DNA from: an uncultured Actinomycetes bacterium
Lineage (GTDB): Bacteria > Actinomycetota > Acidimicrobiia > IMCC26256 > DASPTH01
Length of the DNA: 64,000 nt
Direction of reading: 5' to 3'
Assembly (NCBI GenBank): GCA_963726965.1
Contig: CAVSEI010000006.1
Coordinates: 268,159 to 332,158, forward strand
Positions 32,692 through 42,756 of the stretch are shown here, in pieces (the stretch's first letter is position 1; each line of letters opens with the position of its first letter). Made by a program: the position numbers and the translations under genes. The notes under the pieces were generated by a model. The model was not told the origin of the DNA, did no database searches, and worked only from the letters and a program-made list of their open reading frames with translations.

Positions 32692-32739
32692 GAGGATTTC
32701 CACTACGCCCATAGTAACAATCCCCCGGGCGATCTCCAA
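32692..32739 (-). promoter_or_regulatory. candidate sufB promoter/operator: TTGGAG-17 nt-TACTAT followed by the shared element CGTAGTGGAAATCCTC
   Basis: The 16-mer GAGGATTTCCACTACG (plus strand, 32692-32707) is identical to 23958-23973. The imperfect palindrome CACTAC-GCCC-ATAGTA (32701-16) overlaps a -10-like TACTAT on the minus strand. The site lies 25-70 nt upstream of the sufB ATG. Confidence 0.5.
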
Positions 32740-32762
32740 CCCGGTGCAGGTGAACGCAGCGG

Positions 32763-35760
32763 CTACCCGCCTGCCGATTTCTGTTGGGCCTGCTTCACCT
32801 TCGTACGGGCGTCGTTGACCAGTCGCTGGTACTCACCGAGGTTGCCGGCTTCGAGGGCCTTCTGCGCGTTGTCGAGATCGGCCGCGGCCTGGTTGAGGAG
32901 GTCCTGCGCGCTCCCGCTCGCGGGTGGGATCGTCGTGGTCGCCGGCGCGGCGGTGGTTGCGGTGGTCCCCGGGGTGGTCTTCGGTGTCGTTGTCGTCGTC
33001 GTGGTTCCCGAGCCCGAGCCGGTACCGCCCGAGGCTGCCCCGGCCGACACGCTGCAGGTCGTCACCGTGCTCGTCTTCCCGAGCATCTGGTCGAGGTCGT
33101 CCTGGACGGTCGGCCCGCAGAACGCGCCGTAGTCCTGGGTGTAGACGACGACGAACTGGAACTGCGGATAGCTCCCTTCGCCCCGACCCTGCGCGTAGAA
33201 CGGTCGCACGTAGAGGATCGAGTTCCCCACCGGGATCAACTGCATGCTGCCCTGGATGATCTGCGAGCCCTGCTGGTTCAGCAGCGTGATCGCGGTCGAG
33301 ATCGCCGGGGTGCGGATGATCGCGTTGTTCACCTGTACCGGCCCGAACACGGTTTGACCCTGCGGCATGGTGAACGACTGCATCTTGCCGTACTGGCCGG
33401 GATCGGAGTCCACGGTCAGGAATGACACCAGCCGCGTCTGACTGTTCCCCGACGACACGGGCACGAACGGCACGATCACGATGAAGTGCTCGTCCTTCTC
33501 TCCCGGGAGTCGGATGTTGAGGTAGTACGGATCGATGCGGGCGCCGGTGGAGGTGGCCGCCTGCGGCTGGTTGCTCGACGCGGATCCGCCACCCGCCGCC
33601 GCCGCGACCTGGGCGACGAAGTCACCCGACACGCGGCCCGAGCCCGGGTCCGGCGAGACCAGCCACTTCGAACTGCCGTCGTAGAAGCGCTTGGGCTCCG
33701 TCACGTGGTAGCGGCCGAACATGGCCGACTGCGACTTGAAGAGATCCTCCGGGTACCGCAGGTGGGCGCGAATCTCCGGGGGCATCTGCGATCCGTCGGT
33801 GAAGAGATCGGGGAAGGCCTCCTCGTAGGCCTTGATGATCGGGTCCTTCTTGTCGAACACGTAGAACGTCACCGTGCCCTGGTAGGCGTCGACGGTGACC
33901 TTCACCGAGTTGCGGACGTAGTTGAACGGCCCGGAAAGCGAACCTTCTCCGCTCAACGATTGGCCGTACGGGTACTGGTCCGTGGTCGTGTACCCGTCCA
34001 TGATCCAGACGGTCCTGTCGCCGAGCACCACGGGGTACGGGTCGGCATCGAACTGCAGGAACGGCGCCAGTTTCGTCACACGGGCGCGGATGTCGCGTTC
34101 CATGAGCAACTTGGTGTTCGAACTGATCTGTCCCGAGATCAACGGGTCGAGACTTCCGAACCGGAGCGCGAATGCGGCGCGGCGCACGATGTTGGAGAGC
34201 TTCACGCCGTCCTTGCCCTGATACCGCGTGAACTTGTCCGTCGCACCTTCGCGTTGATAGTTGAACTCGGATTGCTTGGCGCCGGTGAGGACGTAGCTGC
34301 TGAGATTCTCGGCGAAGTAGATCTGCGACGGAGGACCCGAGTCCATCTTGATCCCGTTCTCCTTGACCGGCACGTCACGCAGATAGAACGACGGATTGCC
34401 GTCGGGGTCCGCCTGGTTGCTCGGTGATGCGACCGCGCCGTACCCGTGCGTGTACACGATGTGGCGGTTCACGAAGGACTGGCTCGGGAGATCCGCGCTG
34501 TTCAATCCACGCGCGGCAATGAGGACCTGGCGGGTCTGGCCGTCGATGAGATAACGATCGACGTCGACATCACCGATCTGGTAGTAGGTCTGCAGGTTCT
34601 GCAAGGTCGAGTAGGTGTCACGGATCACGTTCGGATCCCACAGCCGGGCATTGTTGATGGTGCCGCTGTTGCTGTCGACGAGGGTCTGGGCGTCCGTCGG
34701 CGAGAGGCCGGTCTTGAGCGACGTGAAGTCGAACTGTGTCGGCTGCACCTGATCGAGTCCGAAGGAATCACGCGTCGCGCGGATGTTGCGATCGATGTAC
34801 TTCGATTCGGTCTGGTACTCGTTCGGGCCGACCTTGAACTGCTGGACCGCGGCCGGGTAGATCGTCCCGATCACCAATGACACGAACGCCCACAACCCGA
34901 CGGCGATGATCGGCAGCACCCATCCGCGGCGACGGATGTTCCAGAGAAAGAGACCAGCGGCGCCGATGGAGATGAAGATCAAGAGGTTGAGCGCGGGAAG
35001 TTGCGCCTTGACGTCGGTGTAGCTCGCGCCCTCGACGACTCCACGGGTCGAGAAGTTGAGTTCGAAACGACCGAGGTAGTACTGCGCGGTCTTCACCAGC
35101 GCCATGACCGCGAGGATGACGGAGAGGTGCGCCTTGACCTGTGGGGTCACCCGCTGGAACGGGCTCTGGAACCGGATCCCGCCGTTGAGGTAGTGCTCGA
35201 CCGCGGTGACGATGAGCACGATCACCAGCCCGGCGAACAGCCACTCCGCGATGAACTTGAGGAACGGCAGCTGGAAGACGTAGAAGCCGATGTCTTTGTG
35301 GAACTGGGGATCGACCTTGTGGAAACTCTGGTAGTGGGTGAAGAGCACCCACTGCTTCCACTGCGCGGACACGCCGATTCCGGCGATCAGCGCGAAGAAC
35401 AGTGAAACGCCGATGCGGATGCGCATGGTGTACGGGCCCGCGACCTGCTGGTAGCGCGCGATCAACTCGTCTTCCGGACCCATCGACCGGTACTTGGGCG
35501 CCAAACGGTCGGCGATCATCAGGTTCAGGAACATGATCACGAAGAAGACGACCGTGAACACCAGCACGGGCGGCGACCCGGGCCGCGAGCAGGCTGCTCC
35601 AGGTACTCCCCTGCCCGAGCGAGTCGAACCAGAGATAGTCCGTGTAGAAGCCGGCGAGTCCGCGCAGGCTGAAGAGCAGCACGACCAACACGACGACCGC
35701 ACCAATGATCCAGCCGCGCAGGCGGAATCGGCGTCGTGGTTCGAGCGTGGGGACGCGCAT
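32763..35760 (-). pseudogene. UPF0182-family large membrane protein, one frame break near 35585
   Basis: The N-terminus MRVPTLEPRRRFRLRGWIIGAVVVLVVLLFSLRGLAGFYTDYLWFDSLG is in ORF 34768..35760. The remaining ~940 aa are uninterrupted in ORF 32763..35705, with multiple N-terminal TM helices and a large extracytoplasmic part. Family from memory. Confidence 0.8.
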
Positions 35761-35814
35761 CGGGCCGCAGCCTAGAGGGAGCGACGGTGACCGGTACGCG
35801 CGGGCAGACGAGGG

Positions 35815-37486
35815 CTATTGGTCGGCGTCGACCACCAGGAGGCATCGGCAGCCCGGGTGCGCGGGAGGGTGGGGCTGCCCGGTCGGGAAGTTGCCGCCCT
35901 TCACCGTGGGTTCGAGTGCGTTGTCGTCGCAGTCCGGACACTTCCCGACCATCGCGGGGACCCAGCGGAGGCGCACGCCGTCCGGCGCGGCGTCGAAGAC
36001 CCCCCGGGAGTACGCCACCGCCAACGCGTCTCCGAGCGCGGCTTCGAGCTGCTCACCCCGCCATTCGCGGTAGCGCGCACCGAGGCTCTGGGCGATCACG
36101 ATCTCGGTGTCGGCCGGGGTGGCGGCGTCGATCGATTCGAGCGATCCGGCGAGCCGTTCGCGCAGGGGTACGACCGCGGTGGTGGTCAACTCGCTGAGCA
36201 ACGCCCGGGGAGCAGCACCGACGACGCCGCCCGCGGACTCCGCGCCTTCGGCGTACGCGGTGTCGACCGCCGGCTGCAGGACGTGGGCCCATCGCGCGAG
36301 CTGATCTTCGAGCGACGGCAGCACCTTGGCGGTGTCGATCTTCCCCCGCTGGCGGCGCAGACCGTCGAGGATGTCGTTCTGTTCGTCCTGCAACGCGCGC
36401 TTTCCCCGCCGCACCAGGTCGCCGGTCGTCTGGGCCAGCGACGCATCGCGCGCCGACGTCGCGGACTCGTCCGGTCCGTCCGATGCGGTCGCGGGGTCCG
36501 TCGCGGGGCCTCCGCGACGTCGTCGACCGGCTCCGGTTCGGTTGGGGCTGGGGGCTCGTCGTCGTTCGCCGAGCGGAGCTTCTCGAACAACGCGTGGACG
36601 TCGGGAGCCGTCTCGCCGGTCGTGGGAGCTTCGTCGGCGGACGGTGTCGCGGCGCGGGCGCGGCGGCGCGGTCACGAGGAGCGGGGGTTCCGGTGCGGCC
36701 GTGACCGCGGGCGCCGGACTCCGGCGCGAACGACTCCGGCGCGAACGACTCCGGCGCCGACGACTCCGGCGCCGACGACTCGGGGGGTTCCAGTGGTTCC
36801 GGCGCGGCATCCTCGGGCGCAGGGACGTCGACCGAGGGGATGTCCGGCGGAGTCGACGGCTCGTCGGCGATGATGCGCGTCGCGTGCGTGAGTGCCCGTT
36901 CGACGAGCTCGTAGGTTTCCACCAACTTGCCCCGACCGGCGCGCAGGTCGGCGATCTGACGCTCCAACTCCTCGCGCCGCTCGTTGAGATCGGCGAGCAC
37001 ACGTTCGCGGAGACTGCGGGCCTCGCCGACGATCTCCTTGGCGCGGTTGCGAGCTGCGTCTTCGGCCTCGCGCGTCTTCGCTTCCACCGCCTGTTGGGTC
37101 GTCGTACGCAATTCACGCGCGGTCTCCTGCGCCTCCCGCACCACGCGCCGAGCGTGCTCCTCGGCCTTGCCGCGCAACTCCAACGCCGACTCCCGGGCCT
37201 GGCCGAGCACCCGAGCGGTCTCTTCGCCGAGCGCCGCGATGAGATCTTGGTCTGAGGGCAGGAGCGCCGGCTTGCGCAATTGCTCCTCGAGCTCCTGCAC
37301 GCGTGCGGCCAACTCGTGTTCACGCGAGGCAGCGGCCGCGAAGTCGCTCGAGACCATCCGGAGGTACGCACGCACCTCGGCTTCGGCGTAGCCCCGCTTG
37401 ACCTCGCTGAACGAGCGCTCGGCGATGGCTTCGGGCGTGGTGCGCGGGCCACGCGGGGCGAACATGGACTCCGAGCTGTCAGTCAT
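35815..37486 (-). pseudogene. DivIVA-domain protein with repeat-rich acidic linker and Cys/His-rich C-terminal domain, at least 3 frame breaks in the linker (36450-36720)
   Basis: ATG 37486 gives MTDSSESMF...FSEVKRGYAEAEVRAYL (DivIVA N-terminal motif) plus a coiled coil. The linker contains (APES[S/F])n. The C-terminal part in ORF 35815..37452 ends WVPAMVGKCPDCDDNALEPT...PPAHPGCRCLLV. Whether this is one gene or two cannot be settled because of the breaks. Confidence 0.7.
36716..36785. repeat. 15-bp tandem repeat x4.5 (cgactccggcgcgaa / cgactccggcgccga) inside the DivIVA-protein linker
   Basis: Direct reading. It encodes the APESSAPESSAPESFAPESFAPES repeat. Confidence 0.85.
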
Positions 37487-37490
37487 GCCC

Positions 37491-38640
37491 TCATGATCGC
37501 GCCGCGGTCGTCGACGGTGGCGGCACTGACGCTCCGCCCGCCTGGTGCAACGCGGCCAACGCCTCGTCGATCGTGCTGACCCCCACGACGCGCACCTTGC
37601 CCGCACCGCGGCGTGCATCCTTCACTTCACCCTTCGGAACGATCATCAACTCGACGCCGTTCGTGCGGGCGGTGATCGCCTTCTGTTCGACCCCACCGAC
37701 CTCGCCAACCGAGCCGTCGGCGCTGATGGTCCCGGTGACCGCCACCCGCTTGCCGCCGGTCAGGTTGCCCGGTGTCAGGTCGTCGATGATCGCGAGGGTG
37801 AACGCGAGGCCCGCCGACGGCCCGCCGACCAGTTGCGTGTTGATCGTGACGTTGATCGGGAACTGGTAGGTCGTGAACTGCTGCGAGGTGATCCCGAGGC
37901 ACGTGATCCCCGACGTCGATCCGTGCGCCGAGACGCAGGTACGGCGATCGGGTGACGCCTTGCCGCTCACCACCGTGGCGGTGCGGGTCGTACCGCCACG
38001 TTCGTACGTGATCGACACGCGGTCGCCCGGACGATGGGCTTGCACGAGGGGACCGACCTCGCTGACCCCGGTGACATCGTGGCCGTCGACTGCGAGCACG
38101 CGATCACCGGTTTCGAGCGCGCCGTGCCGCGGGCGCATCGCGACACACCTCGATGACGCGGACCTGCACCGGATCGGCGGGCACCTCGTAGCCGAGGTGC
38201 GTGAGCGCGACGTATTTGGCGTCGTTCTGCGATTGATCCATCAACTCGGTGTTGAACGCACGGTTCTCGTCATCGCTGAGACAACCGACGACCGTGCTGC
38301 GCTTCTCGACGTCGCGATCAGGATCGAGCCACGATGTCACCAACCGCCACACGTTGGGATCCTGGGTCGAGACCCGCACGGTGAGGAACAACACGTTGCC
38401 GCCGTGCGGGTACGTCGTCGCACCCTCGATCTGCACGACGGACGAATCGAGCGGCGTCGCCGAGCCGGGAGAGATGATGACGTACGGCAGGTGGATCAGG
38501 AACCCGGCCACGATGACGATCACCAGCAACACCCCGAAGGCCGACAGCACGACCGCCAGGACGGTGTGGCGGCGCCCGGTTGTCGGTTTCGGCGGTTCGC
38601 CGGGGGGCGGCGGGAGCGGCCCCGGGTACTGCTCGGTCAT
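37491..38640 (-). pseudogene. PDZ-domain / Lon-like (S16) serine protease of the YlbL/SepM type, one frame break near 38130
   Basis: MTEQYPGPL..., a TM helix, then LFLTVRVS in ORF 38104..38739. The PDZ domain (GDRVLAVDGHDV) and Lon-type GGPSAGLAFTLAI...VAVTGTI are in ORF 37491..38138. Confidence 0.8.
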
Positions 38641-38795
38641 GGAACTCCGGTCCGGGGCGGATATTTTGGTCGCACCAGCCCTGACCGAACAGTCCTCTCG
38701 AATGCAGGAGCCGAACGCTTGACGGGTACACCCACCCATCAGCCTGCCACGCCACCCGTCCCCTTCGGCACGCGGCCCTCGACGCCACGCGGCGC

Positions 38796-38927
38796 GTGGC
38801 GGCGCGCCGCGGTCTGGCCTTCGTCCGGATGTTGTTCCTCGTGGGGTTCACGGGGTTCCTCGTCGCCGCGGTGCTGGCCACCGTGTTCGCGGGTCTCGTG
38901 ATCGCGATCAACGGTCGACTCCCATGA
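38796..38927 (+). CDS. candidate 43-aa single-TM micro-protein, stop overlapping the next gene start (ATGA)
   Basis: Not in the ORF track (under 60 aa). GTG 38796 (or ATG 38829) gives AARRGLAFVRMLFLVGFTGFLVAAVLATVFAGLVIAINGRLP. The TGA at 38925-27 overlaps ATG 38924. Confidence 0.3.
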   Translation: MAARRGLAFVRMLFLVGFTGFLVAAVLATVFAGLVIAINGRLP

Positions 38928-39561
38928 CCGACGCGGGCCCGGTCGCGCGTGCGGCCGAGCTCGCCGCCCTCGGGCACCGGGGGAACGTGACCGTCGCCGA
39001 CCGGGACCGTCTGGAACGGGCGGCCGTCGACGACCCCGATCCCCGCGTCCGGACGGCCGCGCTCGCCGCGCTCGTCCGGGCCGTCGCCGGCGAAGCACGC
39101 GGTGCGTGGACGGTGGCGCTCGTCGATCCCGCGCCCGCAGTACGGCGGCGCGCGGCCGAGCTCACGCCCGACCTCTCGGATCCGACGATCATCGCTCCGC
39201 TGCTCACGCTGCTCGGCGACGTCGACGTCACCGTCGTCGAAGCCACCGCATGGGCCATCGGCGAGTCCGGTGACGTCGCGGTGGCCCACGGCGCGGTCGA
39301 CGTGGCCGCGGCCACCGCCACGCACCACCGTGACGTGCTGGCACGCGAAGCGGCCGTGGCCGCGCTCGGTGCGCTCGGTGATCCGGCCGGCCTCCCCGCG
39401 ATCCTGCGCGCCGTGCTCGGACAAACCCGCGGTCCGCCGTCGCGCTGGTCCTTGCGTTGGCACCGTTCGACGGTCCCGAGGTCGAAGCCGCGCTCGACAC
39501 CGCGGTCGAAGACCGCGACCGGCAGGTGCGCCAGGCGGCCGAGGACCTGCGCAGCAGCTGA
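38924..39561 (+). pseudogene. HEAT-repeat protein, two frame breaks (about 39420-39450)
   Basis: Repeated DPDPRVRTAALAAL / DPAPAVRRRAAEL / REAAVAALGALGDP units. The C-terminus VRRRAVLALAPFDGPEVEAALDTAVEDRDRQVRQAAEDLRSS is in another frame, with TGA at 39559-61. Confidence 0.7.
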
Positions 39562-39639
39562 CGTTCCGGTACGGTCCCGATCCCGCTCGTCGCGTCCCGC
39601 CGGCGCCCGTCGCACGCCACTCGCCGTTGGAGGCCACCC

Positions 39640-40711
39640 ATGTCCGGATCACCCACCCGCTGTCGTCGTCTGGTCGACCGGATGGATCGGCACGATCGCC
39701 ATCCGCGCCATCCGGCGTCGACCGGACTTCGAGTTGGTCGGCGTCTGGGTGCACACCCCCGAGAAGGTGGGACAGGACGCAGGCGTGCTCGCGGGCACGG
39801 AAGCGATCGGCCTCGCGACCACCGACGACTTCGACGCGCTGCTCGCGCTCGCCCCGGACTGCGTCGTGTACGCCGCGAGCGGGCCCGAACAGGACGCCGG
39901 CCGCGGTTCCTGACTACGTGCGCTTCCTCGACGCCGGCGTCAACGTCGTGACGGTCACCTCGCCGTCGCTCGTGTACCCACCGGCGTTCGACTCCGGATG
40001 GAGCGACCAACTCGCCGAAGCTGCCGAGCAGGGCGGCGTGTCGCTCTACGCGTCCGGCATCGAGCCCGGATTCGCGGCCGATCAGCTCCCGCTGGTGCTC
40101 GCAACGCAGTCGAACACCATCACGTCGATCCGCGCCTCGGAGCTGTTCCTGTACGACAAGTATCCGGTCACGTTCATGATGCTCGACGTCATGGGCTTCG
40201 GCCGACCGCTCGAGTACGAGCCGATGCTCGCGCTGCCCGGCGCGGAGACCGAGCGCGTGGGGTCCGCCGATCCAGTTGGTGGCGGACGGCCTCGGCGTCG
40301 AGCTCGACGAGATCCGCGAGGTCTTCGACCGCGTAGTGACCGACCGGACTCTCGAGGTCGCGTGCGGCACCATCGAGGCCGGCACGTGCGGCGCGCTGCG
40401 GACACAGACCATCGCGTGATCAACGGGGGCAGGAAGCGATCGTCATCGAGCACGTCAACCGCATGGCCGCCGATCTCGCGCCCGAATGGCCGATCGGCGA
40501 TCGGGACGGCACGTATCACATCGTGATCGACGGCGATCCCGACATCGACGTGCAACATGACCATCGGCGATCCGTCGGCATCGACTGCGGGCGCCATGGT
40601 GGTGACCGCCATGCGCGTGGTCAACGCAGTGCCGTACGTCGTCGCCGCCCCCCCGGGCTGCTGAACTCGCTCGACCTGCCCTTGACGCTCCCCCGGCACG
40701 CATTCGACTGA
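39640..40711 (+). pseudogene. DapB-like NAD(P)-binding oxidoreductase (amine dehydrogenase-like family), at least 4 frame breaks
   Basis: VVVWSTGWIGTIAIRAI, ELVGVWVHTPEKVGQDAG, GVNVVTVT, YASGIEPGFAADQLPLVL and IEHVNRMAADLAPEWP lie in several frames. Family assignment is tentative. Confidence 0.5.
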
Positions 40712-40744
40712 GCTGCATTCGAGTGAGCGGCGTTCGACTGATTC
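40700..40744. repeat. imperfect 15-bp tandem repeat x3 (gcattcgactgagct / gcattcgagtgagcg / gcgttcgactgattc)
   Basis: Direct reading. It fills the convergent intergenic gap between 39640..40711 and 40754..41755. Each unit contains TTCGA(C/G)TGA. Confidence 0.8.
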
Positions 40745-40753
40745 GTGGCGTCG

Positions 40754-41755
40754 TTACCCGTCGGGCAGGGGATCGAGGAAGAGTTCCTGGTCGCGGCTCA
40801 CGTGCTCGGTCCATTCGTGGCCCGTCCAGTAGCGCCAGTGGAAGCGCCCGGTGGGGTCCGGGTACCAGTCCGGCGGCGTGACCGGTGCGATCGACGGCTC
40901 TCCGGCGCTGCTCACGTGTTCCGTCCACGCGGTGCCGTCCCAGTACCGATGATCGAACCGACGACCGGGGTCCGCGTACCAGCCGGGGCCGTCGCCGGTC
41001 GCCGGCACGAGGTGCTGACGCGGCTGGGGTCGCGACGTCGGCGCCGGATCCGCCGCCTGCTGTGCCTCCTGCCGGTCGGTGATGCGCCGCACGACGACGA
41101 TCGCGAGCACGGATCCGGCCGCGCTCAGCGCGTGGCCGGCCGCGAGCACGGTGTCGGTGGGTGACGTGACCCAGGTGCCGCTGACCGCCAGACCCATCGC
41201 ACCGAACCCGGCCACCGAACCGGCGACGCGTACCAACCACCAGGTGAGCACGAGCGGGGAACCGCCGAGTCGCCGCCAGGCATCGCCGCGCTCGGCGTCG
41301 GGATCCGAGCTGCGCCACAGGTCCGAGATCACGAGATACGGGAGCACGAACGCAGCCAGCGGGATCAGCCAACCGATGATCGCCCACACCGGTGCAAGTC
41401 GCGTGCCGATTCGGCCGAGCGCACGCGGATTGTGGGCGCTGCGCCAGGTCCACACGATGAGCAGGACCGACGCCGCCGCCGACACGTAGCCGACCACCTG
41501 GACCCAACCGCGATCGGTGCCGTCGTACGCATGCGAGAACAACGTGCGGGCCTGCTCGTTGCGCTCGTCGAAGAGCGCGTCGATGGCGGCGTGAAATCGT
41601 ACGTAGGGCGTCGCCGAGTCGAGGAAGACCAGCGCGAACTGGCCGGCGGCCACCACGCCCAGGAGCCACGACAGCCAGGTCGTCAACGTACGCGTCGGCC
41701 GCCACCACTCCGATGAGGAGTCGGCCACCGCCCGGTGCTCCGCCGCGTCTCCCAC
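40754..41755 (-). CDS. multi-pass membrane protein (DUF4328-like) with two C-terminal DUF2510-type repeats
   Basis: This is the C-terminal third of track ORF 40754..43006. It has TM-rich WLSWLLGVVAAGQFALV...WAIIGWLIPLAAFVLPYLVISDLW, then GWYADPGRRFDHRYWDGTAWTEHV and DWYPDPTGRFHWRYWTGHEWTEHV. The start is GTG 41755 or 41728. Confidence 0.7.
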   Translation of the reverse strand: MGDAAEHRAVADSSSEWWRPTRTLTTWLSWLLGVVAAGQFALVFLDSATPYVRFHAAIDALFDERNEQARTLFSHAYDGTDRGWVQVVGYVSAAASVLLIVWTWRSAHNPRALGRIGTRLAPVWAIIGWLIPLAAFVLPYLVISDLWRSSDPDAERGDAWRRLGGSPLVLTWWLVRVAGSVAGFGAMGLAVSGTWVTSPTDTVLAAGHALSAAGSVLAIVVVRRITDRQEAQQAADPAPTSRPQPRQHLVPATGDGPGWYADPGRRFDHRYWDGTAWTEHVSSAGEPSIAPVTPPDWYPDPTGRFHWRYWTGHEWTEHVSRDQELFLDPLPDG

Positions 41756-42747
41756 TACATGAACATGTCCTTGAGCCGATCGAACGACTCGAGGCACCGA
41801 CCCGCACCGAGCACGACGGTCTCGAGGGGGAGGTCGACGAGTTGCGCGTGCACGGCCGTCTCCTTCTCGATGCGCAAGTTGAACCCGCGCAACATCGCGC
41901 CACCACCGACGAGGTGGATGCCCTCGGCGAGGAGGTCCTGCGAGAGCTCCGGCGGCGTCTGTGAGAGCGCAGACTTCACCGCGCCGAGGATCGCCTGGAT
42001 CGGCTCGTCGATCGCCTCGCGGATCTCTTCGGGGGTGAGGACCACCGTCTTGGGCATGCCGCTCATGAGATCCCGACCCCGGACCTCGGCCTTGTACTCG
42101 TCGTCGGTCGCGAATACCGATCCAATGGCGAGCTTGACCTCTTCCGCGGTTCGCTCGCCGATCGCGAGGCCGTACTCGCGCCGCACGTAGCCCTGGATGG
42201 CGGCGTCGATGTCGAAGGACCCGACCCGTACCGCCTCCAACGCCACGACGCCGCCGAGCGAGATGACCGCCACCTCGCTGGTACCACCGCCGATGTCGAC
42301 GACCATGTTGCCGAGCGGCTCGTGGATGGGGAGCGAGGCGCCGATCGCCGCGGCCATGGGCTGCTCGATGAGAAAGGTCTGCGCGGCACCGGCCCGGCGC
42401 GCCGCTTCGAGCACCGCCCGCTGCTCGACGTGGGTGATGGCCGAGGGCACGCAGATGAGAACCCGGGCGCGCTGCAGGCGTGAGATCCCCGCCCGCTGGA
42501 ACAGCATGCGGATGAGCCGTTGGGTGATTTCGAAGTCGGTGATGGCACCGCCGCGCAGCGGTCGCACGGCCACGATGTACCCCGGGGTACGACCGATCAT
42601 CTGCCACGCGTCGTGACCCAGGGCCAGGACCTCGTGGGTGCGCGTGTTCATGGCGATGACGGTCGGCTCGTTCAGGATGATCCCCTGACCGCGCGCGTAC
42701 ACCAGGGTGTTCGCGGTACCGAGGTCGATCGCGAGGTCGCGGGACAG
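41755..42747 (-). CDS. mreB: rod-shape-determining actin homologue MreB (apparent CTG start)
   Basis: Track ORF 41755..42702 begins inside the conserved N-terminus. Fifteen codons upstream read LSRDLAIDLGTANTLV, preceded by TAG-GAG-CCT-CCC, so the only candidate start is CTG 42747, 6 nt after AGGAG. The remaining sequence is canonical MreB (VVDIGGGTSEVAVISLGG, LVGGGAMLRG). Confidence 0.9.
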   Translation of the reverse strand: MSRDLAIDLGTANTLVYARGQGIILNEPTVIAMNTRTHEVLALGHDAWQMIGRTPGYIVAVRPLRGGAITDFEITQRLIRMLFQRAGISRLQRARVLICVPSAITHVEQRAVLEAARRAGAAQTFLIEQPMAAAIGASLPIHEPLGNMVVDIGGGTSEVAVISLGGVVALEAVRVGSFDIDAAIQGYVRREYGLAIGERTAEEVKLAIGSVFATDDEYKAEVRGRDLMSGMPKTVVLTPEEIREAIDEPIQAILGAVKSALSQTPPELSQDLLAEGIHLVGGGAMLRGFNLRIEKETAVHAQLVDLPLETVVLGAGRCLESFDRLKDMFM

Positions 42748-42756
42748 GGGAGGCTC

